Assembly (NCBI GenBank): GCA_028534125.1
Contig: CM052818.1
Location: 46,626,001-46,690,000 of the forward strand
Reading direction: 5' to 3'
DNA: 64,000 nt
Origin: Lama glama
Lineage: Eukaryota
Part shown: positions 1-13,286 of the stretch, piece after piece
How the letters are laid out: each line of letters begins with the position of its first letter
Numbering within the stretch: position 1 is the first letter of the stretch
Program-made: the position numbers and the translations under genes
The notes under the pieces: generated by a model
What the model saw: the letters and a program-made list of their open reading frames with translations, nothing else
Database searches by the model: none
Told to the model about the DNA's origin: nothing

Positions 1-2629
1 GTCACGTTTGGTCATTAAAAATGCTCAGTAACTCAGTTAAACTTTAGTAACTAGTAATTAGCTTTAGTAATTCAGTAAAACTCCTAAACGTAAGGTTTCT
101 CCCTTTCCCAGTGAAGACGAGCAGTGTGTGGGGGGGACCCTAGCTGATAAACCTATTTCCATGCTGGTGTTTCTCCGCCTTCCTGCCGTCCTTGGAACCT
201 GCTCCTCCTCCCATCTTCCATTCAAATGTTCACTAAAGGAAAGCCTGTTTCTAGTAGCTTCCTCCCAGGCTGTTATCTGGGCGGCTTTAAAAATATTCCT
301 AAAAGAGCAGCTTATACACTGAGTATCTTCAGGGAGCTGTATCTGGGGGAAGAGGTGGGGAGGGGGTGCCAGTAGTGTGGCCGACTGTCTTGTCAGTGTC
401 TGGGACTGGATGTCCCATTTCTAGATCAGGATTTGCAAAGCTCTTGACTGAGAACCACCCCCCCACCGACCTCCCCTCCCAATTCCCACTGCAGTACAGC
501 TATGCTAGGGACCAGCTAAGCTAGAGAACCACGGCTTCCTGTCCCACACCGCCCCTTCCTTACAGCTGTAGTCCAGCTGTCCCCAAGAGAGGTGCTCTGG
601 TTGTGTGGCTTACTGCCTCTCAGTTCGGCTCACACCTTGTGGGCAGAGCCCAGCCTGGGCACAAAGCCACCTCCTGGGCTTGTTGTGGAGGGGCAGTTTC
701 ATCCACCAGGACATGCAGCTGGAGTTCCAGAAATTCCAGGGTGATGGGCCTGGGGTGGTGGTGGCGGTGGTGAGGTGGGGTTGAAAGGGGAGGATTCTCA
801 TGGGGGCAGCTCTCCCCACAGTGGTGTCCCATAGAGGAAGCTCGCACGGACTGAAGAATCCTGTCACCCTGAGTCATCACTGCACTGACCAACACACTTG
901 AGATCTTCTGGTGCCCAGCCTCTGATATGTAACCCACATTTTCCCTTTGTGTTCGCAAACTCATCCAGAAAGCCTGTCACATGCCTCGCTGATGCTTCAG
1001 ATGGTTCATTACAATTAGAGCACCGGCTCCCTTGCTGGGGCTGCAGGTCCCTATGAAACCTCAGATTCTAATTCCCATGTTGCTTTCACAGTCAGTGGTT
1101 ACTTAAAGGCTACTGGCTAGCTGGTGTAGGTCCTCCCCTCAACCAAGTGGTTTGACATTGAAAAAGAATATTCATATTTGAAATCACTGATTTGGACACG
1201 ATGGGACAAAAACCAAGTCTGAGAATGGTGTTTCAGTGGAATCAGCTAAGGAGATATGTTAAATTCCCCAAGTGTCAAGTTTTGATTTTTAAAAATTTCT
1301 ACAGCTGATCCTGATTTGGCACCACTGAAAAGCAGCTCCCAGTGGATTAATCTGGGAACTCAAGGAAAAAGCCAACAAGGAGAATGTGTGCATGAGACAA
1401 CAAGAGGGCACCCCAAAGCGGTGACGGAGGCGTAGGACAGATGGAATGATGAACCCTTCCTGAGGTCATGCAGAAAGCTATCTCAGAGAGGACCACTTAG
1501 GCTGCATCCTGAAAAATAAATAGGATATATCTATTGGACTCAGCTGGACAAGAGGCAGGGGAGACTACCCAGTGGAAAGGGAACAAAACTTTGGAAACAA
1601 AGCGGAGATGAGAAAGAACATGGCCCAATGGTTCAGGAACTGTATTTTCCAGCCTGGGGGGGCGGGGGCAGGATGGGAGGAGAGCAGAGCACAGGACAAT
1701 GGCAAGACGTCTGGCAGGGACCAGCTCCTGAGGAGACTTGCAGGTTAAGTACTATTTGGGAATTTCTTCTATGGAATGGAAGGCTGCTAGGGAGTTTAAT
1801 CAAAGAAGTGACATGTTCCCTGATCTCCTGGGGAAATGGTTAGTGGGGCACCAGCAGACGCAGGGAGAGTAGCTGGGGGCTTTTGGTATAGTCTTAGTGG
1901 GGAGCTTCTGAAGGCTTTAAACAGATCAGGGGTGACGAAAGTAGCTACTGTCAGGCAGTGGAGGGCTGGATGACTTTAGGGAGCGGTGGAGGAGGAGGAG
2001 GTGTATGATTTCCCAATTCCTGTCTTGGTAGATGGGGCAGGTGACAGGTCCCCTGACAGTGTCAGTACAGGAGGATCACACTGGGTCAGGAGCGTGACAA
2101 GTCCAGCTTTGGGTTGAATTCTGAAAACATCAGCCAGTTTAAGGGAGGTGGAATCTGGGAGGAGCAGCCAGAGAAATAGGCCGAAAACTAGGAGAATCAG
2201 AGTCACTGAAGCCCAGGGAGGGGAACATTTCCAGGAGGGTATCATGACCAAAACTGCTGTGAGTGGAAAAGCTGTCAATCACATTTGGAAGCAGGCAGGT
2301 GAGAGGTCCCTTCTGTAGGGATCAGGGTGAGGCCAGACTGCCAGGCTGCAGAGAAGGGAGTGAGAAAGCTGGGGAGGCGGTGGGCTCTCCGGACCCTGGA
2401 CCTGGAGTATAAACCTCTCAGGTGTCCTGGATTCCGGAGGAAGGGATTTGAATTGGCCTCCATTTGCAATGTATTTGCAGGGTCTCTTGAAGATATGATT
2501 GTGGTTTATTTCTCTGCATATGGTGAACAGGGACTGTAAACTAATCCTAGTAAGAAGGGTGACATTGACAAGAAAGAGTGTTGCCTGGGACCCTTGTCAA
2601 ATACACCTATTTGGTGGCCAGAGAGAACT

Positions 2630-3410
2630 CTCTTCCGGGCACCTGCCTGCCGGCCCGGCCCGGCCAGCTATGCCCGCGCCCGCAGCCCCCTCCAGTCCCG
2701 CCTCCCTTGGACCACGCCCACAGGTGGGCGTGACCACCGCAGCCCCGCCCTCCGCCCCGCGTCCACGTGATCTGTCAGTTCGGGGAGATGGAGGAAAATG
2801 GCCGCCAGGTGGAGGGCGACTCGCTGAAAGCCGCGGTCTCTCCCTGTCTCGTGTTCTGACAGCGCCTGCGGCAAAGCGGGCCCTTTCCGCCCGAGGTGTT
2901 GGCGCCGTCGTCGGGCCGGGTTGTGAGACGGTCAGTGTGGTGGTCGGGTTTGCGTGGGGACCGCAGAGAGAGGAGGCGGCGGCCAGGCCCGGCGGGGAGG
3001 GGCCGTGGCCGGGAGTACCGCGGGGCGAGGCCGGGCCGGGAGGGAGCGAAGGCCAGGTGAGGAACGGTGAGGCAGCGCGTGGGGAAGGGGCCGTGGCCAG
3101 GTGAGTAGGGGGCGAGGCCGACTGCGCGTGAGGGGCCGCGGGCAGGTAGGGAGGGGGCGACGCGGGGTGTGGGGGCCGCGGCCGGGCCCCGGGGCTCGGC
3201 TTTCCGGGCAAGTCTGCACTTGCTGGAGCGTCGGGAGGCTCTCGGCCTTGCTGTCTCAGACCGTCAGCCTCCCCGGGGGCCGAGAGGGGGATCGTGGGGG
3301 GCAGGTGTTCTGTGCGGAGCCGCAGCCGGCGCACCCGCCGCCTCGAGAACTCCCTCAGCTGGTACCGCTAAGGCAGGCGTTCGAGGTTTCTTTCCCTGGG
3401 CTTCCAGGGA
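2630..3410. promoter_or_regulatory. KIDINS220: CpG island promoter of KIDINS220
   Basis: Very GC- and CpG-dense block in otherwise CpG-poor DNA. Contains GC boxes (CCCCGCCC 2743-2750, CCACGCCC 2712-2719), E-box CACGTG 2764-2769, Inr-like TCAGTT 2775-2780 and YY1-like AAAATGGCCGCC 2795-2806. No TATA box. Confidence 0.92.
2777..2930 (+). other. KIDINS220: Probable non-coding exon 1 (5' UTR); start and donor are inferred
   Basis: Begins at the A of the Inr-like TCAGTT and ends at donor ACG|GTCAGT. The first coding exon has an acceptor 36 nt before its ATG, so an upstream UTR exon is required. Other donors exist downstream. Confidence 0.6.
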
Positions 3411-3889
3411 CGAGCTGTTTGGTTTTTCTCCCTTTGCTTTCATAAGGGCCTCCATTGTCCTGTGCAGGCCATTATATCAGCAAAATATCAGCAAGCCATT
3501 GATTATGATGCTTCCATGACTTTTTTTAGGGAAGCGATTTGTCAGCAAGCAATGTTAGATTATTTTTTTTCAAATTGTTTTGCCAAATGGAAAGGTTTAA
3601 AGCAATGAATATTTCCTTATTACTAACTATTTGTGGAGCCATTTCTGCTAGCCGCTAGGGGCCCTGGTTAAAAAATGGAGCTTTCTTAGCCTTACCCTCA
3701 GAATTCCCATTCAGCGGGGCCTGGGGTGTGGCTCAGAAATCATCCCTTCTTATGGCTGATTCTGATACATTTTGTCATTGCCCCCACTTTGACGACACGA
3801 AGGATCAGACATCTGCCTTTTAAAGCACCGTAGGCGACCTTATGCAGAGCCACCCGCGATGGAGAAATGCAGCTGCAAAGTGTTCTTTG

Positions 3890-4060
3890 TTCTCTAGCTT
3901 TACCAGCATGGAAACCTTCATCAGAATCATTTTGGGTGCTTGTTAAAATGTCAGTTTCTGGGCCCCAGATCTATTAAATGGGATTCTCTAGGGGAGAAGC
4001 CCAAGGAATATGTGTATTAACAAGCTTCCCAAATAACTTTGATGCACGCAAGTTTGAGAG
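3890..4060. mobile_element. MER5-like hAT-Charlie MITE
   Basis: CATCAGAATCA...GCTTGTTAAAATG...TTCTGGGCCCC...TTAACAAGCTTCCCA...AAGTTTGAGA. Confidence 0.75.
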
Positions 4061-4557
4061 AGTGTTTATCCACCCAGTATTTTGGAGCACAGCAAATTCC
4101 ACCTGGCCTTGTTCACCCAGCAGGAGTGGTGGGGAGAGAGGGGCCAGTAACTAAGCAGAGAAAGGTCCCGACTTCCTCCTGACTTCACGGTTTTTGATCA
4201 GTGACAGCACCATCTTCCATCACCTCTGCTTGGTAACCAGTCATCTTTGACCTGTGCTTTCATTTCCAGTCACATAATTTTAAAAAATTTGTACATCCTG
4301 AATCTCTCTGGATATTTTGGTATGTCAGAGGGTCCAGTATGGGGGATTTTATGCTGTTTAAGTTCATATCTCTCATTTCTTCTCCATCCCTGTCTCCTGT
4401 CCCCTGTCCTGTGGGCTGTTTTGGTGGTTCCCTGACTGGTATCCATGGTTCTGCTTCTGGGCCGCATACGCTGCTGGGGGAAATCTTTTCCTAGGGTCAT
4501 GTGAGTGTGCCATTCCCCTCTTCCTGCTTGTGCTCGAGAACTGTCATTTTCTCTGAG

Positions 4558-4990
4558 GTGTATCAGTCAGGGCTGTTAGAAGGTGAGGAACCAACAGAGA
4601 TTTACTCTTTTACCTCAGGGAAAAGGAGATTTATAGGGCAGAATCAGCAAGAAATCAGGATCCAAGGCAACTACACTTTCTCTGGCTCAGGGGCCACATT
4701 TGTTTTCTCACTTAGGAGGAGACTTCTCTATTCATTCTGTTGGGTTCTCTCTCTACTGACTGGCTGTCTCAAAAATGTATCATTTTGCCCCTGGCCCATA
4801 ATGCCTGGGCCTCTGGTTTCTAATTTCAGTTCTAGAGAGAGGAATCTGATTGGCCCAGCTTATCTTTTTGAGCAGTCACGTGTCCTCATATGCTCATCCC
4901 TGGGCATGGCTGATGGTAGAGAAAACATGGCTGTTGAGAGTAGCAGGAGCTGTGGGCAGGTGACATCCTGCAGCAGAGGCATCTTTAGTA
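4558..4990. mobile_element. MaLR (MLT1-like) solo LTR remnant
   Basis: Starts TGTATCAGTCAGGG and contains the MLT1-like GAGAGAGGAATCTGATTGGCCCAGCT. Confidence 0.55.
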
Positions 4991-7192
4991 TCCCTGTTCA
5001 GTTACTCAGTTTCTCGGTTATGTATGATTTTTCTGCTTGCTCTGGGTCTGTAATAGGTTCTGGGGACATGTGAACAAAAGAGAGACAGCGCTTATCCTTG
5101 CAGAGATCACAGATCTAACCACCCTCACTTTTTACTTACACATCCCATACAAGCTGTTCATTGTTTCCTGGACATACACTACATGGTCACTCAGTCAGCA
5201 CTCTCTCCATCTCTTTTCATGCTGTTTTTGGTATGGCATGTCCTTCATTCATTTCCCACCTATTGGACCCATTCTTCGAGGATCACCTCAGAGTGATACT
5301 TCCATGATATTCCAGTGGGAGGAGGGACTTCTCTTCTATTCACAGCACTTTGGTTTCTCCAGCCTTAAATTATGACTTGGATTTATCTGGGTGCTACAAT
5401 ATTTGCTTTTTGAATTATGTTGGGCTAGTTACTTGTGTATGAAACCTGCTTTCTCATCTCTAAAATGAGAAATAATACTGAAGAGTATTGGAAAATCAAA
5501 TAAGAACGTAGATATAAAAGCATCTCAAAAAGTATACAGTGATATATAAATGCTGTTTTCGTGATGACGATCTCTTAGGTCTCCTGGTGAACAGTTAGCT
5601 TACTGAAGGCTTGATAGGAATTCACTAAAGGCTATCATGGGCCTTGCACATAATAATGCCCAGAAGATATTTGCAGGACAGATGAGAGCTTCCTTCATTC
5701 ACCTGGTGTCTGTTGAGCCCCTCCTGTGTTCCTGGAAATGTGTCAGGCATTGGGGAAACAGTGGTGGCCAAAACAGACATGCTTCCTGTCTGGGATCACA
5801 GTCACTGCAACAAAGTGCAGTGTGTCTTTAAGTAAGACTGCTCTGGACGAGGAACGGGGAGGGGGAGAGGGGAGAATGGAGAAGGAAGGAGAGAAGGAGG
5901 AAGGGCGGATGCCCTAAGCCGGTCTGGGAGGGTAGTGGATGGTCTGGGAAAGCTCACTGGGGAAGTGACATTGGAATTGAGACCTCTGGGCTGTCGGTAG
6001 GTTGGGCAGAAGTGTCTGTCGGGATTGAGGGGAGAAGATCCTGGACTGTGTTGGGGTGAAGGGGGAACGGCTTGAAGTTGACAGGGAATGTCTGAGATGA
6101 TGGGAAAGAGGGGTGGGAGGTGGGGGCGAGGGTATTTGTTTTAAGATGGCTGAGAATGGAACCTGTTTTAAAGGATTTATTTCAGAGGGAAAGCAGGGCT
6201 ATTCAAAAGTGAGCCTCTGAGGGAGGGATGGGGAGACCTGGCCTTAAGGGATACAGTCTGATTTACTGGGCACGCTCGAGTTCAGACTCTTGACTGGCCT
6301 TGTTAGAAGCCTGGCTAATGGGAGTCATTTTGTAACTGTCAGCTGGGGCAGTTTTCATCTGTTTTCATCTGTTAAATTGAGAGATGTGACTTGATCAAAT
6401 TCAGTTCAGGAGACATTAATCCGTTCTTTAATATGCACAAGAAGCTGTTTTAGGTGCTTCTGAATTTGTGAAGGAAAGACTTGTGAAGTTCCTCCCATTA
6501 GGAAACTTAACAATAGAGAAGAGATGGATGGGTGGATGGGCAGAGATGACCAGAATTCAAGGTGTTAATGTTGAACGATCAGCAAACCTGCTGTAGCATT
6601 TCCCCCACGTACACAAAGTAGAGAATAGAATCGTATAGTGAACCCTCATGTACCCATCCCCCAACTCCAACCAACAATGACCAGTATTTTACCAAATTTG
6701 TTTCAGCCATTTCCCTCTTTCCCAGTCACCCCTTTCCTCCTCCAGTACTTTAAAGAACTGTGAGCCCCGTAGGGCAGAAATAGTCTTAGCTTGTCAGAGA
6801 TAGCCCGAAGCACAGTGCGTTGCAAATTACAGACTTGAAACTGTCATTAGATTGCACTGTTGGTGAATTACAGCTGTGTAGAATTGCATGCATTTTCTCC
6901 AAATTATATGACAAAAATAGATCACCTTTCTTTAGTAGATTTGTTTAAAGGGTATCCTTCCAGTAGCTTAAGGCAAAGCAGGTTCATTTTAGAAGATTTT
7001 TTTTCACTATTTTATTACCATTTTCTGCTTAGTCTTAGTCTAAAGGAATTAAAGTCTTAATCTTAGTCACTATCTCTAAGTGATAACTGTTCACAGCTTT
7101 ATGTACTCTGAGGTGATACGCGTGCAGTCCATATAATGAATTGGGGTAGAGAGGTAACAAGATTCGAAAAATTGAAGAATTTCAATCTTTGT

Positions 7193-7320
7193 TCTTTAAA
7201 AAATTTCATTTATTTAGCAGGGAGGTAATTATTTTTTTCAATGGAGGTACTGGGGATTGAACCCAGGACCTCATGCATGCTAAGTGTGTACTTTACCACT
7301 GAGCTATACCCTACCCTTGC
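7193..7320 (-). mobile_element. tRNA-Ala-derived SINE (camelid Vic-1-like)
   Basis: Reverse strand reads GGGTATAGCTCAGTGGTAAAG...CTTAGCATGCATGAGGTCCTGGGTTCAATCCCCAGTACCTCCA plus an A-rich tail. Exact 11-nt TSD TCAATCTTTGT at 7182-7192 and 7321-7331. Confidence 0.92.
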
Positions 7321-10300
7321 TCAATCTTTGTGTGTGTGTGTGGTTTTTTTTTTTGACAATTGAGGTCAATGTCTGTAGCTGCTTTTTCTTAATGTGTTCA
7401 TTCAGGTCTTGTGCGATATTGTAGTGAAGGAAAATACTTGAACTAAATAAGGGCTTTGTCAGACCTTTGTGTTTAAACTTCTTATTTTAAAGTAATTGCA
7501 GACTTACAGAAGACTTATAAGAATAGTACAAAGAACTCTCTTTTACGCCTTAACCAGATTCACCAAGTGTAAAATTAAAATTTAGGATGCACATAGTCTA
7601 ATAATATTCCTGTTAATCCCGTAACCATTTTATTGATGAGGTACCAAGCCCTTACTTAGTTGCTGAGGGTGAAAAGATGAGTAAGATGTGATCTTGATTC
7701 TAGGATTTCAAAGTAAATTAATAATTGTGATACCTGATTGTCAGCGTAATACTGCAAGTTTGCGTGACACACAGGTGTACTGGGTGAAACTGGCCAGGGC
7801 GGGGCAGGACAGAAAGAGTGGAAGAAAGGAGGAGGAAGTCCCAGAGGAAGTGACCCCCGAGCTGGATTTTGAAGTAGTGTTTCTGTTTGTGAGAACGTGG
7901 AAGCTGGGCCAGGCGTTCTGGGTGTGTGGGTCAGCCGAGGCCTTGTGTGCCTTCTGAGATACAGGAGCCCTGCTGTGCGCCGGGCTCTGTTCCCCATGCT
8001 GGGGCTTCCGCAGCGAACAAAACAGAAATAGCCTGTACTCTCATTGGGCTGCAGTTTTGAGGTGGGGTGGAGAACGAGGAGGCAGACAGAAAATTAAGAA
8101 ATAAAAGATTTCTTGCGTGATGCTCCACGTTATATGGAGGAATAAAGCAGGGTTATCGAGTGGGGAGTGCTAGTGGGGATGATGGCTGCTTTATATGCAG
8201 CGATGGGAAGCGCCCATCACATGACAGGTGAGCAGAAACCCTGTGTGGCCTGAGCGAAATGAAGGAGAAAAGGAGGTGGCAGAGGGGGTGGAAGAGATCA
8301 AGCAGGGTCTTCTAGACCATGGTAAGGATTGGGGATTTTATTTTGAGAGAGAGGACAACTGTTGGGGAGTTTCGGGCACAGGATGTCATAATAAGACTGA
8401 TGATTCAGGAGGATCACTCTGGCTTTTGTATAGAGAAAAGATTGTGGAGGTGGCAGGGACTGCCACCTAGACCCAGGAGTGTGAACACACACACACGGAA
8501 GATTCTAGGAACTACATGTTGGGTCAGTGCTTAAGTGGAAAGACGGGTAGAGGAGGCTGGAGTTGGGAGGACCGCATTCAGGAATTTATGTGTCATATCT
8601 GTAGGGTACAAAAATTAGTGTTGGACAAACACAGGTCACTGTTGTAGCTTTGGTATAGTTTGTAATGGAGAAAAGTTATATAGTGTATCTGTCTACTAAC
8701 CATTTGGCCTTTTGTGAAAGCATTTTGAATATACCAAAAATTTTTTTATTTTTCTGTTAAATTTGTTTGCAAGTCCTGAAAATGAGCTTACTGCAACATA
8801 GAGATTTTTTTTTTCCTAGCCTTGGTATTGGCTGTATCTGCCTTTTCCAAAAATGACATTAAGACATTAATTTTCTTACTAATTGTGCAGAAGAATGTAC
8901 AACCTTATATTCCCATTAGACAGAAACTGGTTTGGACCCTAGACTGAAATGATACACATTCATTCAAGAAACAGTGTCTTCTAGGGGCCAGGAACTATGC
9001 AAGGATTTGGGTATTTGGTATAAAATAAAAGACAGTAGTCCTTTCTCTTATAAAGCTTATATCCTAGTGGGAGAGACAGTTATTAAATAGGTAGATATGT
9101 AAATTGTAAGTTTAGAAAAGTACTGTGGAGAAAATAATGAAGGATCCTATGAAGAAAATGAAAAAGATCCTATGATAGAGAAAAATCTAAGTTAGGGGAG
9201 TCCACTAAGAAAGGGTACTTAAGAAGTGTTCATAGTCTATTAGTATGTAAAATAGCTAATAGTTATTGAGTTTGTGTGTATTAGGTACTGTGTTAATCCC
9301 TTTGCATAAAACTATGCAGTTACTTAAAGATGGTGAAATTTAGACACTAAGTTGAAGTAACTAGCCCAAAGTGATTAAATATTAAGTAGTAAAATCAGGA
9401 GAGAGACCTAGTCTGTCTGGTTCTGGGGTCCATCCTTTTAACCACTACACTAAGCTACACTTGAAGAAGGCCTTTTTGAAGAGAGAACATTGAAACTGAA
9501 GGTTGAACGGTGTTCATGTTTTTGTCTTTGTTCAGGTATGATTCTTAGGTGGTCTTGTTTTGGTCTTGACATCATGGTCTCACAGTGACCTTATCTGTTG
9601 GTGTTTTTTGAGATTGTTAAAGTTCATGTGAGAACTCCAAGGTCTTGCTTTGTGTGCCAGGCCAGCTCCTGACACTCAGGGGCAGCTTTTCTCTTTCTCA
9701 GCGCTTACTGGGTGGGCGTTGTGTTAGATTTAACGTGGGTCCTGCCTCAGTAACTTACAGTTTCAGGGCGATGTGGACAAAGATAAGGAAGATGGGCAGT
9801 TGAGTGTGGTATGGGCAGTTTCAGTGTATGCACAGGGTGTGGAGGTGTCCCGGGGCAGGGGCACTGGCCCAGCTTAGAGTCAGCAGCCAGTTACTGAAGG
9901 CTTCTGGGAGAAGATAATGTTAGAACCACGTCCTCAAGGAGGCCTACAAGGTGTTGAAGCATATGTGTGGAGGATGGGCCTTCTAAGCTGAGGGGGAAGA
10001 AAATGCAAAGGCCTGGGAAGAAGAAAGCCTGGGGCAGCCAAGGAGCTGCAAGTAGGTGAGTCTGGCCAGAGCTGAAGTGTGTGTGTGAGTGGGCAAGCGG
10101 GTAGCGGTAGAGGGTAGGAGGGTTGGGAAGTGGAGAAAGAGATGAGGCTGCAGTGGTAAGATGGGTCCAGATTGTGAAGGAGCTGCGTGCCCGCACCGTC
10201 ACAGTCAAGAACTGAGTTCATGACTCCTCATTGCTCTTCACAGAGCGAAGTGTTTCATAGGAGTTATAGAACTGAATCTTTACAACGGCGTTGAAAGACT

Positions 10301-12377
10301 TAAGGACTTCAGTTCCTTGAATAACTGGTGCATAATAAAGCCATCACCTTCTCTTCTCCCGGCAAGAATTTTTTGGAAACTAACGGAAGGATTCTAAGAG
10401 GAGTGTATTTAGATCACTCTTGCTTTAGTGTGGCCACTGTATTGGATGGAAAAAAGACAGGAGGGAGGAGACACAAGTTGGGACACTGTCACATTGATCT
10501 GTGGTGTGGGACACATTTTTAGGACAGGTACCTAGGTCACAACAGTTTCCTTTTTCCTGGAATCAGGGCCAGTATTATGTGACCTTGTTGCCCGTCCAGC
10601 CCTTTGACTGTGTTCCAGATTGGCACGGGACACAATCTGGGCGGAGTCCTTTACTGGGAGTTTTGGATTTGGGAACAAGGAATAGTGTGCTTTCTTTAAC
10701 TTTACAAACCATCTGATTTGGGTTTAGAGAGTTGTTGGCAGCCGCGTTCCCGTTTGTGTAGAAGAAGTTGGTCTGTACTCGAAGTGGGCCAAGCCAGTAG
10801 GGAATGAGAATTCTGCTGGCATTCGAGGTTCAGTGGCCCTCACCTGTCCCATGGCGTGGTTTTGGGAAATAAACTAGTATCCTTAATTTTGTTTTTGGTT
10901 TTTCATAAACTAGTTTCAGTTTGTTTCTTGTACTTTAGGAGTCTTGATTAGTGTAGACGGTGAAGGCCTGAAACTAAGGCACTGTGAGTGGGGTTGGCTG
11001 ATCTCAGACATTGGGAGGTAAATTGGACAGAAAATGGTGACTGTTGAGAGAACAGTAGATGCCTTGGTAGCGTGGATGTGAGGGTGGTGTTCCATGGTGG
11101 GGCAAGTTGAGCGAAGGCAGGTTTTGGAGAAGCATGGCAGGTAGGGGCAACTTGGAGCGGTTCAGCTTGGCCTGGCTGCGGATGGGGAGGGGCTTGTAGA
11201 AGAGAGAAGGGTGGCAGATAGAGCCAGAAGCTGATGCCTCACTGAGATGTTAGACTTGATCCTGCAAAAGGTGGGGACAGATGCAGGTGCTGGATGTTGG
11301 TGGTGACCATTAATAAAAATCTCTCACTGCTTTCTGATGATGGAAGCATCACATTCTAGAAAATTAGGAAATAAAATTTCTAAAGAAAATAAAAATTACA
11401 TTAATACCATTATCACTTGATCTGTTTCATTTCAGCATTTAAAAATGTGTATATTTTAAATAATTGAGACACTTTTTTCTTTTAATTAATTTTTTGTGAT
11501 ACTTAATATATCACAAGCATTTTTCTGTCCAGTTTTGGGAAACATTTTGATGCCTGTGTGCTATTCCACTGTGTGACTATATCATAATTTATATAATCCC
11601 TCAAGTTTTTTGTTCTTCCGAATAAAATTGTGTTAAATGTATCATCTTTGTCCATGTTTCTTGTGTTTTTAGCTATTGAGTGAAGTCACTGGATCAAATA
11701 ATGTAACTTTTTTGAGGATTTAAAAAAACACAGTATTATTGAGGTACAGTTTACAGGTAAAATTCACCCTTTTTAGTGTTCAGTTTTGAATTTTGACGAG
11801 GGGACAGGCGTGGGATTCCAATGACATACATTCCTGTTCAAGGAGGGGAAGAAGGGAAGGAAAAAAGGAGTCACCAGCCTCAAATTTTATTCTCTTAACA
11901 GAAAAAAGTTTTAAATTTTAATGATCTCCGATTTACCATTTTTTTTGAGAACTGTACTTGTAGTGTTACAGTGAAGAAATCTGCTTAATCCAAAATCATC
12001 TTATTTTTTTTCCTAGGAGTTTTGTACTTTTAGATACTACATTTAGGTCAGTTTTGGGTTATATATGTATTTGGTGCAAAGTATGAGTTGAGCTTTGTAT
12101 GTTTATTTGGTTTGGATGTTCAGTTGAATAGAACAGATCTGATTACTACTGATTAGTTTTTTGGAACTTACATTCTTGTTGTGATAGGGGGACAGTAAAC
12201 ATGACACTCTGTATTTTGGATGTTGGTAAGCGGCAGGGCAAGGGGGTGGGAGTGCTGGGAGTGCTGTGGTGGGGTGTGTGTGTGTGGTTACCTGGTCAGT
12301 CACCAAGGCCAAACTAGAACATTTGCTTTTATCTTGAGGGCTTTGAGCAGGGGAGGATGTAATCTGACTTGAAACGG

Positions 12378-12556
12378 TTCAAGGTGTGGTTCTTCAGTCA
12401 ACAGCTGCTGCATCACCTGGGGACTTGTTAAAGGTACCGAGTCAGGGGCCGCACCTGGACCTACTTGTCAGCATCTCTGAGGGAAGGGCCCAGGCATCTG
12501 TGTTTTACAGGCTTTCTAGGTGATTCTGATGTATGTTATGCTTTAAGAAGCTCTGG
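12378..12556. mobile_element. MER5A-like hAT-Charlie MITE
   Basis: GCATCACCTGGGGACTTGTTA...GGGCCCAGGCATCTGTGTTTTA...AGGTGATTCTGATG. Confidence 0.8.
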
Positions 12557-13178
12557 TTCAGCTTATGTTTTCAAAAGATCGCTGTGGTTGCCTTGTGGAG
12601 GATAGACGGTGGGAAACGCAAAATGGAGGCAGTTGGGATCTAGGTGAGAGGTCATAGTGGCTGGACCAGGGTGGTTGTGATGGAGCTGGTGAGTAGTAAT
12701 CAGATGCGAATTCCATTTTATAGGTGGAACCAAAGGATTTGCTAATAGATGGCATGTGGTATAAGAAGATGAGCTAAGTCATGGATAATTCCAAGGTTTT
12801 GGCCTTGGAAGAATGGAGCTGTAGTGGCCATGTCAGCTACTGAGATGGAGAACTTAGCAGGAGGATCAGGGGAGCAGTTTCTTTTATTTGTGGGTGATGA
12901 GGAGGAGGAGGGCTTGGGGGATGGGTCTGGAGTTTGGGGTTTGAATGAGTTAAAAGTGAGATGAGTTTGGCTCTTGGGAAGAGAGGAGGGGGCATTCAGA
13001 TAGCTGAGTTCTGGGGCTCTGTTTTCACTTCTGCCAGTAGGGCTGTATTGTACAAGTTTAAGTTTAAGAATGATAATATAGTTATTAGCAGCTTTTTTTC
13101 TAATCACAAATTATGTGTATTTTATCTAATCTGCTTTAACAGATATTGGAATAAAGAAGACTGTAGCTTTCTGTGAAG

Positions 13179-13286
13179 ATGTCAGTTTTGATATCACAGA
13201 GTGTAATAAATTATGTGGAAGAAGAAAATATCCCTGCTTTGAAAGCTCTTCTTGAAAAATGCAAAGATGTAGATGAGAGAAATGAG
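13179..13286 (+). CDS. KIDINS220: KIDINS220 exon 2, coding part (exon starts 13143): MSVLISQSVINYVEEENIPALKALLEKCKDVDERNE
   Basis: Acceptor tttaacag at 13142, ATG at 13179 with A at -3, donor GAG|gtgaga. Peptide matches the known KIDINS220 N-terminus. Confidence 0.97.

Noticed and set aside
2499..3519. Long ORFs on both strands (201 aa +, 245 aa -, others)
   Set aside because: Pro/Gly/Ala/Arg-rich low-complexity frames expected in a stop-poor CpG island; no recognisable domain.
4501..5073. 190-aa ORF in intron 1
   Set aside because: Non-ATG start, overlaps an MLT1-like LTR remnant, no domain or splice support.
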